Program-made: the position numbers and the translations under genes | Shown here: piece after piece, positions 29,730 through 39,072 of the stretch | Position numbering within the stretch: position 1 is the stretch's first letter | Layout: each line of letters opens with the position of its first letter | IMG/VR virus record: IMGVR_UViG_2811995239_000002 | Span: 1 to 64,000 of that record | Strand: one strand, 5' to 3' | Source of the DNA: a virus | Taxonomy: Duplodnaviria > Caudoviricetes | DNA: 64,000 nucleotides | The notes under the pieces: generated by a model | Seen by the model: the letters and a program-made list of their open reading frames with translations, nothing else | The model's database searches: none | What the model was told of the DNA's origin: nothing

Positions 29730-30781
29730 GCATGATCGTATTCAACAAAAAGCTGGTTACTGAATATAACCAGGTAAAGCAGGCGTGGAATCAGCTGCTG
29801 ATGCAGCGTGAGTCCTTCAACATCAACCAGAACACTATTTCCGCCCAGTATGGCGGCGCGCTGGAAGTTAACCAGGCAGCGCTGATCTCCAAAGACTACT
29901 GGCGTGAAGTGGACAACATCACCACCCGAGTCTTCCGTAATGACGAAGGCAACGGCCTGTTGGATGATTTGCTCGGTCTCGGCACGCCGATCTCTATCGG
30001 CAAGACAGCGGCGCTGTACCGCGTTTCCAGTGACGCTGGCAAGGTTCATCGCTCACTGACGGGCCACGTACCGGAAGAGCTGGATAAAGTCATCTACGAC
30101 GAAGCTGGTGACCCAATCCCGATCTTCAACACTGGCTACAGCCGCGAGTGGCGCGAGTGGAACGGCATGCAGTCGGAAAACCTCGATGCTATGGCCGACG
30201 ACCAGGAAGCGCACGTTGCCGCTATCCGCGAGGATATGGCCGACTATATGCTCTCCGGTGACGCCAAAGTGAAAGTGAAGGGCTACGTCGGCGCTGGTAT
30301 TACCAACCACGCCAACACCAACCAGGTGGATCTGAGTGCGTCTGGTCTGAATATCGACCTGACAACCTCTACTCCAGATGAGTCAGTAGCGTTCTTCACT
30401 GGCCCGTTCGCGAAACTGCTGGACGATAACTTCGTGCAGGAAAAGGTCAAACTGTGGGCATCCCCAGCCATCATGCGCAACCTGAACCGACCATATTCCA
30501 ATGCGGCCGGCTTCAAGGAAGGTACCGTGCTGGAATACATCCTGCGCTACGGCCGCATTGAGTCGTTTAACCAGACCTTTAAGCTGACCGGTAACCATTT
30601 CATCGCGTACGTGCGCAACTCACAGTACATCAAGACGCGCATCGCCGCGCCGGTGGGAACCTTCATGATCCAGCGCCAGAATCCGTTCGACAACTACAAC
30701 ACCCTGGTCTGGAGTGCTGTCGGTCTGCAGATTAAGCGCGACTTCAACGGTCGTTCAAAAGTGTTCAACGCACAGGGTTAA
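29726..30781 (+). CDS. Major capsid protein
   Basis: 351 aa, position, followed by terminator. Confidence 0.85.
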   Translation: MSMIVFNKKLVTEYNQVKQAWNQLLMQRESFNINQNTISAQYGGALEVNQAALISKDYWREVDNITTRVFRNDEGNGLLDDLLGLGTPISIGKTAALYRVSSDAGKVHRSLTGHVPEELDKVIYDEAGDPIPIFNTGYSREWREWNGMQSENLDAMADDQEAHVAAIREDMADYMLSGDAKVKVKGYVGAGITNHANTNQVDLSASGLNIDLTTSTPDESVAFFTGPFAKLLDDNFVQEKVKLWASPAIMRNLNRPYSNAAGFKEGTVLEYILRYGRIESFNQTFKLTGNHFIAYVRNSQYIKTRIAAPVGTFMIQRQNPFDNYNTLVWSAVGLQIKRDFNGRSKVFNAQG

Positions 30782-30802
30782 GGGGCTTCGGCCCCTTTTC
30801 TT
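30780..30802 (+). terminator. Terminator after capsid gene
   Basis: AGGGGC-TTCG-GCCCCT-TTT. Confidence 0.85.
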
Positions 30803-30813
30803 CAGGAGAGAGC

Positions 30814-31086
30814 ATGAAAAAGTTAAAAGTCGAGAAAACCGGATGCTGGGGCACGATTGATGGTGTGTTCCAGCAACTGCCGGTAGGCCATGAGTTCGTT
30901 GCTGTGGATATCCCTCCAGCGTTCTCTGGCCGGGTGTCAGTCGTCGGTGAAGTCGATAAGCAGGCGCTTGAAGTTGCCACTCCGGGCAATACTCCTGCAG
31001 AGCAGGCAGAGCAGGCAGAGCAGGCAGAGCAGGCAGAGCAGGCAGAGCAGGCAGACACCTCCGCTAAATCGAAAAAGGCGAAATAA
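30814..31086 (+). CDS. Head accessory protein with (AEQ)6 repeat
   Basis: GGAG RBS; position after capsid gene. Confidence 0.7.
   Translation: MKKLKVEKTGCWGTIDGVFQQLPVGHEFVAVDIPPAFSGRVSVVGEVDKQALEVATPGNTPAEQAEQAEQAEQAEQAEQADTSAKSKKAK
30997..31050 (+). repeat. 9-bp tandem repeat (GCAGAGCAG)x6
   Basis: Seen directly; in frame. Confidence 0.95.
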
Positions 31087-31088
31087 CC

Positions 31089-31469
31089 ATGGCTGACCCA
31101 ATCACAGCGGCAGACGTGCAGGCGTTCCTCGGTGAATTGGGTTACTCCATCCCGGGCGCGCTGCTGGATCCGATTCTCTGCGTGGTGAACAAGATTATCC
31201 CGTGTCTCGATGGCGCGGGGTATGACGAGTGCACCTCGAAGCTGATCCTGATGTACGCCGCCGCGCTTATGGCTACGTCGTCCGGGGCTCGCCGCATCAA
31301 ATCACAGGGTGCGCCGTCTGGCGCGTCCCGCTCGTTTGAATATGGCGACGACAGCATCACCTGGCTGCGCGACTCGCTGGCCAGGCTCGATACCAACGGA
31401 TGCACCAGTGAGTTACCGATTAGCGCTGGTAACAGTGTCGGCCTGTTCATGGTGGTGGGAGGTTGCTAA
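31089..31469 (+). CDS. Head-tail connector-like protein
   Basis: SQGAPSGASRSF..LDTNGC; position. Confidence 0.7.
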   Translation: MADPITAADVQAFLGELGYSIPGALLDPILCVVNKIIPCLDGAGYDECTSKLILMYAAALMATSSGARRIKSQGAPSGASRSFEYGDDSITWLRDSLARLDTNGCTSELPISAGNSVGLFMVVGGC

Positions 31470-31744
31470 TGCTTGAAGCAAAACAAATTGCCGATCTGCT
31501 GAACCAGTTATTCGAGATAGACCCAGCGGCGGCGGCTGACCTAGCCAATCACCGGGTGGTATGCAACGACGCATTTCTCGGTAGCGACATTCCCTTTGTC
31601 TGCTCGCAGTCACGAGATGGCGTTATCACCATGGGGCTGGTCGGGTTCGTGAATGCCATGGCTAAGCCAGGAACAGGCTACGCAGCAGCCATGTATGACG
31701 ATGCCAATCATCTCACTGGTTTTACCGTCGTAGGTGCTGAGTGA
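31469..31744 (+). CDS. Hypothetical protein
   Basis: TAATG-coupled. Confidence 0.6.
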   Translation: MLEAKQIADLLNQLFEIDPAAAADLANHRVVCNDAFLGSDIPFVCSQSRDGVITMGLVGFVNAMAKPGTGYAAAMYDDANHLTGFTVVGAE

Positions 31745-31914
31745 TGACGTACAAATCAGTTAAGCACGGCCTGCCGCGTTCGTTCACCCGCGTCTGGGTG
31801 ATGACCGACACCGGGCGTGAGACAACCGGCTACGTGAAATCGAATGGTGAATGGCATATCAACTGTGAGCGTATCCGGGCGACCGGCGCGAAAGTGCTGA
31901 GGTGGAAGGAGTGA
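31744..31914 (+). CDS. 56-aa phage protein (MTYKSVKHGLP...)
   Basis: Read manually; TGATG coupling. Confidence 0.55.
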   Translation: MTYKSVKHGLPRSFTRVWVMTDTGRETTGYVKSNGEWHINCERIRATGAKVLRWKE

Positions 31915-32017
31915 GAGTTGGTGTATAAAAAGCCAGCAAATGGTAAAATTAACGAGCCGGGGAATGCGTCAACATTGCCACCGGCTCTAACCATCATTAC
32001 CTATTGCGGAGGTAACT

Positions 32018-32686
32018 ATGGCTCATCAAATCTTAAGCCATCAGCACCATAATGCGCCATCTTATAATGGCGTTGCAGGCGTCTATCAGATTACCAACAC
32101 CATCACTGGTGAGGCGTATATCGGCTCTACGGTTAACATTTCAGGACGGTGGGCGAGTCATCGCTATAAGCTGCGGAAAGGCACGCATGGAAACAGAAAC
32201 CTTCAGGAGTCATGGAATAAACATGGCAAAGGGGTCTTTGATTTCTCCGTTCTGGAAGTAGTGAGTAATAAGTCAGAGCTTATTGCCGCCGAGCAGCGAT
32301 TCTTTCGCGAATTAAACCCGACTTTCAACATCGCGCCAAACGCAGGAAGCTGTCTCGGAGTTATTCATACCGAAGAATCAAAGGCGAATATGGCGGAAAG
32401 CCGCAGGGGAGAAAAGAACTGCTGGTTCGGAAAAGTACCGACCTGTGCAGGTATGAGCAGCCAGCCTGAAGTCAAAGCTAAAATATCAGCCAAGAATTCA
32501 GGCGCTGGCAACCCTATGTTCGGTGTTACCCCGCCACACGCCAAGTTTACCGATGAGCAGGTGCGCGAAATTCGTCGCGCCATTTCAGATGGTGATTCTC
32601 TTACCACTATCGCCAAAAGATATGGCGTCTCAAAGGCTAATATTGCCCATATCCGGCAGGGTCGGTCATATGCGAGGGTAATCTAA
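32018..32686 (+). CDS. GIY-YIG homing endonuclease with NUMOD3-like repeats
   Basis: GVYQI...YIGS...R..SH, HTEESKANM..S..GEKN.WFGK. Confidence 0.9.
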   Translation: MAHQILSHQHHNAPSYNGVAGVYQITNTITGEAYIGSTVNISGRWASHRYKLRKGTHGNRNLQESWNKHGKGVFDFSVLEVVSNKSELIAAEQRFFRELNPTFNIAPNAGSCLGVIHTEESKANMAESRRGEKNCWFGKVPTCAGMSSQPEVKAKISAKNSGAGNPMFGVTPPHAKFTDEQVREIRRAISDGDSLTTIAKRYGVSKANIAHIRQGRSYARVI

Positions 32687-33036
32687 TGTCGGCAACAGCT
32701 TCGTGGTCATACACCGCCACGGCGACCATCTGGCGAAAGCTGGAAGGTAATGACGAATACGGCGATCCGCTGGGCTATGCCGAACCTGAGCAAATCCTCT
32801 GCGATTACGAGGGCGGGCTCAGTAAGAAGTTAGCCAGCCTGGGCGCTGAAATCGTCGTTAAGAACACCGTCTGGACAGAGTTCGCGCTGGCGGCCACGGG
32901 TGATTACCTGCTGATTGGCGTGTCAGCCGAAGCTGACCCGGTTGTGGCCGGTGCCGACGAGGTGCGTCAGGTTATTCGCTATGCCGACACGTTCGAGCGC
33001 CTAGTGGATGATTACGCAATCCTGACGGGAGTGTAG
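32686..33036 (+). CDS. Head closure/adaptor protein
   Basis: DEYGDP motif; position. Confidence 0.7.
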   Translation: MSATASWSYTATATIWRKLEGNDEYGDPLGYAEPEQILCDYEGGLSKKLASLGAEIVVKNTVWTEFALAATGDYLLIGVSAEADPVVAGADEVRQVIRYADTFERLVDDYAILTGV

Positions 33037-33038
33037 CC

Positions 33039-33407
33039 ATGGGCATTAAAGTGAAGGGCATTAGCCAGGCGAAGAAAAACCTTAATGCTCTGGTTGGTGA
33101 TATTCAGGGGAGAAAGGTCGTTAGAGCCATGCAATCAGCTTTGATTATCGGCGGATCTCAGGCGGCGCTCTATACCCCGATCGATACATCAACCCTCATA
33201 AATAGCCAGTTCCGCGAGATTACTGTAAATGGCAATCGCGTGACGGGCCGGGTGGGCTATTCAGCTAACTATGCTGCATACGTCCATGACCCAAGCGTAC
33301 CTCAGAACTTCCGCCGGGCGACGGCCAGGAAGGAGTTTTTAACCAAAGGGTTTGAAGACACGCAGCGACAGATTGATGCTGTGATCGCCAAGGAAATGTC
33401 TTTATGA
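33039..33407 (+). CDS. HK97 gp10-like neck protein
   Basis: TPIDTSTLINS, YAAYVH, FL.KG. Confidence 0.8.
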   Translation: MGIKVKGISQAKKNLNALVGDIQGRKVVRAMQSALIIGGSQAALYTPIDTSTLINSQFREITVNGNRVTGRVGYSANYAAYVHDPSVPQNFRRATARKEFLTKGFEDTQRQIDAVIAKEMSL

Positions 33408-33787
33408 ATCCTCCTATGTATCAGCGAGTCAGGAACATGTTTGGCGATGCCGGTCTTACTAACGGTTTCCTGGTTCAGCTTCTTAATTTCAATGACCCGA
33501 ATGACCTTTCGAAAGCGATTATGGTGTTCAGACCAAATGGCGGAACCCCCATCAGAAATGACCTCGGGAACGATAATTATGTCCTGGTCGATGTGATTGG
33601 TGCAAAGGACAAAAACCAGGCGGCGGCAACGGCAGCTCAGTCAATCCTTGATTACGTTCAGGCAAATCCTCACGCAGACGAATGCGTGGGTAAGATCGAA
33701 AACATGGGCGCTTACCCAACTCCGGTGACGACGGAGGAGGGGAGGATTGTCCTGAGATTACAGTTTTCCTGCACTTTCGGGGACTGA
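33404..33787 (+). CDS. Tail terminator
   Basis: Position before tail tube gene. Confidence 0.7.
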   Translation: MNPPMYQRVRNMFGDAGLTNGFLVQLLNFNDPNDLSKAIMVFRPNGGTPIRNDLGNDNYVLVDVIGAKDKNQAAATAAQSILDYVQANPHADECVGKIENMGAYPTPVTTEEGRIVLRLQFSCTFGD

Positions 33788-33851
33788 AGAAAAATCATCA
33801 ACACAAGGTCGCCATCTGGCGGCCTTTTTTTATACATAAAAGAGGTCAAAG

Positions 33852-34631
33852 ATGGCTAATTGCCAAAACTCCAACGAAAGGGTATTCGGCTCGGCAACAG
33901 TGCTGGAGCTGGCCTATGGTTGCCCAGATGCGCGGCCTACAGAAGACGACTGGAAGGCTCTCGGTGCGGGAACCAGTAAGGGCCTGGATTTCGCTCCAAA
34001 CTCGGTCACTTCTGACGCAGACGATACTGCTGGATGGGTAGAAAACATCATCACGAACGCAGACGCGACAATCAGTTTTGATGGTGAAGTGCGTAAGCAC
34101 GACAAGCTGGACCAGTTCGGCTATGGCAATCTGGTGAAGTACTTTACTGATGAGATCAATGCCAAGCGCCAGCCGACGCTGTGGGCACGTATCGCTATCG
34201 GTCCAATCGAATTCTCGGGCTATATGGTGATTTCTAACCTTACGCCAGCAGATGGCGGAAGTAACGACATCATCACGTTTACCGTTGAGTTCAAAGTATC
34301 TGATGGCACTACTGTTCAGGTTGTAAATACGGACGCTACGCCTTCAACTCCTTTGGCATTCTCCAAAGATCTGCCAGCGACTAAAGCTGCCGATGCAGAC
34401 AACGACGTCGTTCTTGATGTTGATGTAACAGGCGGTCGCCCTACATACAGCTACAAATGGTTCCTTGGCAGTACTCAGATCGACTCAACTGCAAACCCTA
34501 CGGCGGCAACAGCCACGCTCTTGCTGCTTGGTGTTACAACCGCATCGAGTGGTAGCTATCGCTGTGAGGCCACGGATAGCGACGGAAATAAAATCACCTC
34601 AACAACCTGCGTGCTCACTGTTACTGCATAG
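33852..34631 (+). CDS. Major tail tube protein with C-terminal Ig-like domain
   Basis: YSYKWF, SGSYRCEATD Ig motif. Confidence 0.85.
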   Translation: MANCQNSNERVFGSATVLELAYGCPDARPTEDDWKALGAGTSKGLDFAPNSVTSDADDTAGWVENIITNADATISFDGEVRKHDKLDQFGYGNLVKYFTDEINAKRQPTLWARIAIGPIEFSGYMVISNLTPADGGSNDIITFTVEFKVSDGTTVQVVNTDATPSTPLAFSKDLPATKAADADNDVVLDVDVTGGRPTYSYKWFLGSTQIDSTANPTAATATLLLLGVTTASSGSYRCEATDSDGNKITSTTCVLTVTA

Positions 34632-34691
34632 CGAACATTACAAAGGCTGTCGGCTGGCAGCCTTGATAATGACCGTTTATCAGGAAACACC

Positions 34692-35363
34692 ATGACTGCT
34701 TTGAGAGAGATTGGCGAAATAGGCATAAGTGACAGCCGTGAAGGCGGGAAAGATTACTTGTTACGACCGTCTTTCGAGGCAATGACAAGGATCGGTGAGC
34801 CGCATGAAATTGTTGAGATATACGCTGATATCCATGGTCGCGAGGCGGAAAAATTAATCTCTGTCTGTGCAGATGCTTTTGGCGGTTTGCCTGACTGGAT
34901 GGGGCCAGCGATGCGCAGGGTTTCAGATCGTCTGCTAGCAAAAGCCATGGATGTTTTACAGGCGTGCTCAGACGAAGATTTAACGCCGATTGTTGGCCAA
35001 TGGGATGAGGTTGAAGGAAAGCTTTCTTATTCGCCCGGTCTCATGCCTCAGTCAGATATTGTCATCTTTGCTCAGCATCTTTTACAGCATGGCGTAACAG
35101 GGAAAGCCAGGACGCGAAAACTCCAGCGCCATGAATCATCAGGCGGTACTACAGAATTTAACGCCATTGAATACATCAACGCAGCAAGGATCCACTTCAG
35201 TATAAGCCTGGATGAAGCGCGTTGTTTGACCATGACTGAATTTCAGGCGTTGCTGTCAGAGAAATATCCAGACCAAAAAGGGCTAACAAAAGAAGAATAC
35301 AGCGCAGTTGCTGATGATTTTCTGGCTAAGCAGGCGGCAAGAAGGGCCGCAGCGAAGAAATAA
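34692..35363 (+). CDS. Tail assembly chaperone (DUF6246-like)
   Basis: Between tube and tape measure; LTMTEF. Confidence 0.75.
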   Translation: MTALREIGEIGISDSREGGKDYLLRPSFEAMTRIGEPHEIVEIYADIHGREAEKLISVCADAFGGLPDWMGPAMRRVSDRLLAKAMDVLQACSDEDLTPIVGQWDEVEGKLSYSPGLMPQSDIVIFAQHLLQHGVTGKARTRKLQRHESSGGTTEFNAIEYINAARIHFSISLDEARCLTMTEFQALLSEKYPDQKGLTKEEYSAVADDFLAKQAARRAAAKK

Positions 35364-35404
35364 CTCCCGGCTATTGCGTGGGATAATCCACAGGAGAAAG
35401 ATCA

Positions 35405-37744
35405 ATGGCTGGTGAGGAACAAGTAGGCAATATCGTCTATCAGGTGCAGATGGATGTTGCGAATCTGATTGAGGCCCAGCGCAAAGTAAATGAGCGCCTT
35501 GAGAAGATGAGTGGCGGAGCGTCAAAAGCGGCCAGTAAGTTTGACCAACTCCAGACCAGCATAAACAAAGTCGCCGGGGCCATAGCTGCATCGATAGTGG
35601 TTGACTGGGGGCGTGCATTCCTCGTTGCTGCTGACAACATGAGCCAGCTCAACGCTCGTATAGAGAGACTTACTGGTAGCGCAGCGACAGCCTCGCAAAC
35701 TATGCAGAATCTGATGCGCATCAGTTCAGCAACGGGTGGTTCGCTACAGGATACAGCGAAGCTGTGGGAGACTCTCAGCACGGCGTTACGCGATACCGGC
35801 GCGACAAACGGCCAGATCATCCAGCTCACCGAAACACTTCAGAAAATAGGTCGCATTGGCGGATCCTCGGCAGAAGAAATGGCGAATGCTCTTCGTCAGT
35901 TCGGTCAATCAATTTCCTCCGGCACTGTCCGGGCCGAGGAGTTCAACTCCATTCTTGAACAGATGCCTGAACTGGCGCGCCAGATTGCTGCCGGAATGGG
36001 CGTTAGCATTGGCGAATTACGACAGAGGATGCTGGAAGGTAAGTTGACTGCTGAAGATGCCTTAAATGCTATACAGAAGCAGACATCCTCTGTAAACGCA
36101 GAGTTCGACAAACTTCCACGGACGCTTTCGCAGGCCAATACTGCTTTCACTAACTCAGTGTTGAGCATGGTTGATTCAATTAACCAGGCGACAGGTGCAA
36201 GTACCGGGCTTGTTGCGGTTATTGATTCCGTCACTGCTGCGTTGGATCGTTTGATCGGAAAGTCTGCATCCGCTGCATCACAAATTTCAGACCTTACCAG
36301 CACAGCAGAAATGTTTGAACGCCGGGCCCGCACATGGGGATGGCTTGGTCTTGATGGATGGGAGGCGCAGAGTAAGGCGCTGTCCGGACTGAGCAACAGG
36401 GCAGCAATGCTGGTTAGCGATCTGGATGCTGTTACAAAAGCATCAGAGCAGGCCGCTAATACCAAACCTATTGAGATAAAAGCAACCGGAACTGGAAATA
36501 AGCCAAAAGGTGGTAAATCTCAGGCTCAAAAAGATGCCGAACAATACGCCAGGTCGCAGGAAGAGATAACTCAGAAGCTAGAGGCAATGCGACAGAAAGC
36601 TGACTTGTCAGCAACAAGTGTTGGCGAATTGTCCCGCGCTCAGGCTGTGCTTAATGCCCAGCAATCGCTGGGTAAATCTGCGACTGAGCAGCAAATTGCT
36701 CTTGCAGGTGAATACGCCGCTAAAGCCTGGGATAACGCGAATGCACTTCGTGAACAGGCTAAAGCGGAAAAGGAAAGAGCCGAAGCCAGCAACAAATTCA
36801 ATGCAATTCAGGGGCGCACCAGCAAAACAGCAGGTCTCGATAGTCAGTACCAGCAGGACATGGCAGACCTTAACCAATACGCTTTGCTTTACCCTCAGAA
36901 AATTGCAGAAGCTGAAGCGGCACGGGCAGCCATCGAACTGCAATATCGACAGCAGCGTTCTGCTGCGATGTTTGAAGAGTGGACACAACTTAACCTCGCT
37001 ACGCAAATGGCTGGCGCTGCTTTTACGTCGTTTGGCAATAATGCCAGCAATGCGTTTACCGGCATTCTTGCTGGCAGCATGACTGCGCAGGAAGCTATTA
37101 ATTCCCTTGTCAGCAATGCGTTGAACAGTGCAATCAATGCGGTTGTGCAGTGGGGGATAGACTGGGCCAAATCTGCTCTTATGGGGCAGACGGCTACTGT
37201 TGCAGCGGTATCAGCTTCGACTGCTGCGCAGACAGCGGGGCTTGCCACTACGACATCAGCCAGTACTGCGTCCGCCGCAACAACAACAGCGGCCTGGACT
37301 CCGGCTGCTCTCGTCGCATCTATCGGGTCTTTCGGTGGTGCGGTCGCGATTGGTCTCGGTGCTCTGGTTGCTGCGCTGGCGGTTGGCAAAGGCCTGGCGG
37401 GGAAACGTAAGAACGGTGGGCCAGTATCTGCTGGCTCGATGTACCAGGTAGGCGAGGGTGGCATGCCTGAAATCTACCGGGCCAGCACCGGCAAGCAGTA
37501 CATGATCCCCGGTGATAACGGGAAAGTCATCAGCAATAAGGATATGACGTCAGGAGGTGGTTCCGGCGGCGTTGTGGTTAATGTAAATAACTACACGTCA
37601 GCAGATGTGCAGACGCAAAGCAGAAACGAAAACGGAACTCAGTATGTTGATGTGTTCATTCAGGATATGGAAACAGGCGGGCCGATGTCTTCTGCAATGC
37701 AAAGTACATTTGGCTTATCGCGACAGGCAAACGGAGATCTGTAA
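35405..37744 (+). CDS. Tape measure protein
   Basis: RAEEFNSILEQMPELA, C-terminal GGPV..G..Y.VGE. Confidence 0.93.
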   Translation: MAGEEQVGNIVYQVQMDVANLIEAQRKVNERLEKMSGGASKAASKFDQLQTSINKVAGAIAASIVVDWGRAFLVAADNMSQLNARIERLTGSAATASQTMQNLMRISSATGGSLQDTAKLWETLSTALRDTGATNGQIIQLTETLQKIGRIGGSSAEEMANALRQFGQSISSGTVRAEEFNSILEQMPELARQIAAGMGVSIGELRQRMLEGKLTAEDALNAIQKQTSSVNAEFDKLPRTLSQANTAFTNSVLSMVDSINQATGASTGLVAVIDSVTAALDRLIGKSASAASQISDLTSTAEMFERRARTWGWLGLDGWEAQSKALSGLSNRAAMLVSDLDAVTKASEQAANTKPIEIKATGTGNKPKGGKSQAQKDAEQYARSQEEITQKLEAMRQKADLSATSVGELSRAQAVLNAQQSLGKSATEQQIALAGEYAAKAWDNANALREQAKAEKERAEASNKFNAIQGRTSKTAGLDSQYQQDMADLNQYALLYPQKIAEAEAARAAIELQYRQQRSAAMFEEWTQLNLATQMAGAAFTSFGNNASNAFTGILAGSMTAQEAINSLVSNALNSAINAVVQWGIDWAKSALMGQTATVAAVSASTAAQTAGLATTTSASTASAATTTAAWTPAALVASIGSFGGAVAIGLGALVAALAVGKGLAGKRKNGGPVSAGSMYQVGEGGMPEIYRASTGKQYMIPGDNGKVISNKDMTSGGGSGGVVVNVNNYTSADVQTQSRNENGTQYVDVFIQDMETGGPMSSAMQSTFGLSRQANGDL

Positions 37745-38226
37745 TGGCTGATGTTAAATACCCTCCGTTTCTTCCCCTTCCGCAGCGCGCGAACATGAAC
37801 ATGACGCAGGATACCAGCTTCCGGCAAAGTAATCCGGCTGTTGGTCCTGCTGTGTTCACGCCTGTCACTACTGACCTGAAAACGACATGGAGTCTTAACT
37901 GGATTTTCACTCTTGCAGAAGCAGAGCGATTCAAGTCCTGGCTGCGATCGCCAAACTACTGCAATCGTGGTCAGGAATGGTTTGATATTCCGGTTGATTT
38001 GGGTGACACGCAGGGCGTGCAGGTTCAGGAAGTTCACTTCATAACTATGCCGGTACAGACCAGTAAAAACGGAAATACCGTTACCTGGTCTGCCGACATT
38101 ATCTGCAATGAAATGTCCGATATCACGGAAGATTACGATGACTGGATCGTCAATGCTCAGCCGGGAATGGGCTGGTGGTACGACTTACTTGTGACGGAGA
38201 TTCTGCCAGATGCCAACGTTACGTGA
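37744..38226 (+). CDS. Distal tail protein
   Basis: Position after tape measure. Confidence 0.7.
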   Translation: MADVKYPPFLPLPQRANMNMTQDTSFRQSNPAVGPAVFTPVTTDLKTTWSLNWIFTLAEAERFKSWLRSPNYCNRGQEWFDIPVDLGDTQGVQVQEVHFITMPVQTSKNGNTVTWSADIICNEMSDITEDYDDWIVNAQPGMGWWYDLLVTEILPDANVT

Positions 38227-38680
38227 ATGGAAGGAGAGGCGCCCGGCGTCTGACCTTAAGCAGACAGTGACGTTCAGTCATTCTGCTTTTGGCACCGATC
38301 GGCTGGTGAATAATCTCTTTCAGTCAGCTCAGTTTGGTGGAAATTCATATCAGCCAACCCGCTTTGCGTTCACAGAACCTGCTCAGGATGGCACGACGAC
38401 GCTTAACGCTACAATCACCTTCGCTGCTTTGTCTCAGGATATCAAGTCTCGACTTAAGTCATGGCGTGGAGCGGCAAGAATGGAACCGATACTGTTCCGG
38501 TATGATATCTGGGACAATATTGGCGACATGACTCCTCTAAAAACGTACTCAATGTACGTTCGTGACGTCGCCGCTGCGGCTGAAAACGTCTCTGTTACTG
38601 TCGGCATGACAAATCCGTTAAGTGTTGCCACGCCGATTATCTACACCGTTCAGGATTACCCAGGGCTGAGCAATATCTGA
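38210..38680 (+). CDS. Minor tail protein (DUF1833-like)
   Basis: Ends YPGL; position. Confidence 0.7.
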   Translation: MPTLREWKERRPASDLKQTVTFSHSAFGTDRLVNNLFQSAQFGGNSYQPTRFAFTEPAQDGTTTLNATITFAALSQDIKSRLKSWRGAARMEPILFRYDIWDNIGDMTPLKTYSMYVRDVAAAAENVSVTVGMTNPLSVATPIIYTVQDYPGLSNI

Positions 38681-39072
38681 TGAATGCAACCGATTTTATT
38701 CTGAAGGTTAACCGCCTGCCGTGGATTGACCGCGCCTGTAGTTTCGATGCGGTGGATTGTTGGGGGCTGGTGGTTCTCTACTATCGCCATGTTCTCGGTG
38801 TTGAGATACATCAGACGCCGGACTACGAAGCCGGTAAAGACTTCATTACCTGCTATGAAGGTGATCGTGTGTTCTGGCATCCGGGATTGCGTGCTTCAGG
38901 AAATATCGCTGTTTTCTACCGTGGTGATAATCCCGATCACATTGGCATAGTCATTGACGGTAATCGTTGCCTGCACTCTCGTGGTATGGGCGAAGGAGTA
39001 CGCATCGACCCGCTACCGGTACTTGAAAGGGTATTCACCAGAACGGAGTTTCTTCAGTATGGCGACATTTGA
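38680..39072 (+). CDS. NlpC/P60 tail assembly protein
   Basis: DCWGLV, HIGIV, LHS. Confidence 0.88.
   Translation: MNATDFILKVNRLPWIDRACSFDAVDCWGLVVLYYRHVLGVEIHQTPDYEAGKDFITCYEGDRVFWHPGLRASGNIAVFYRGDNPDHIGIVIDGNRCLHSRGMGEGVRIDPLPVLERVFTRTEFLQYGDI

Noticed and set aside
30997-31050. (GCAGAGCAG)6 as a phase-variation switch
   Set aside because: Unit length is a multiple of 3, so it only changes linker length.
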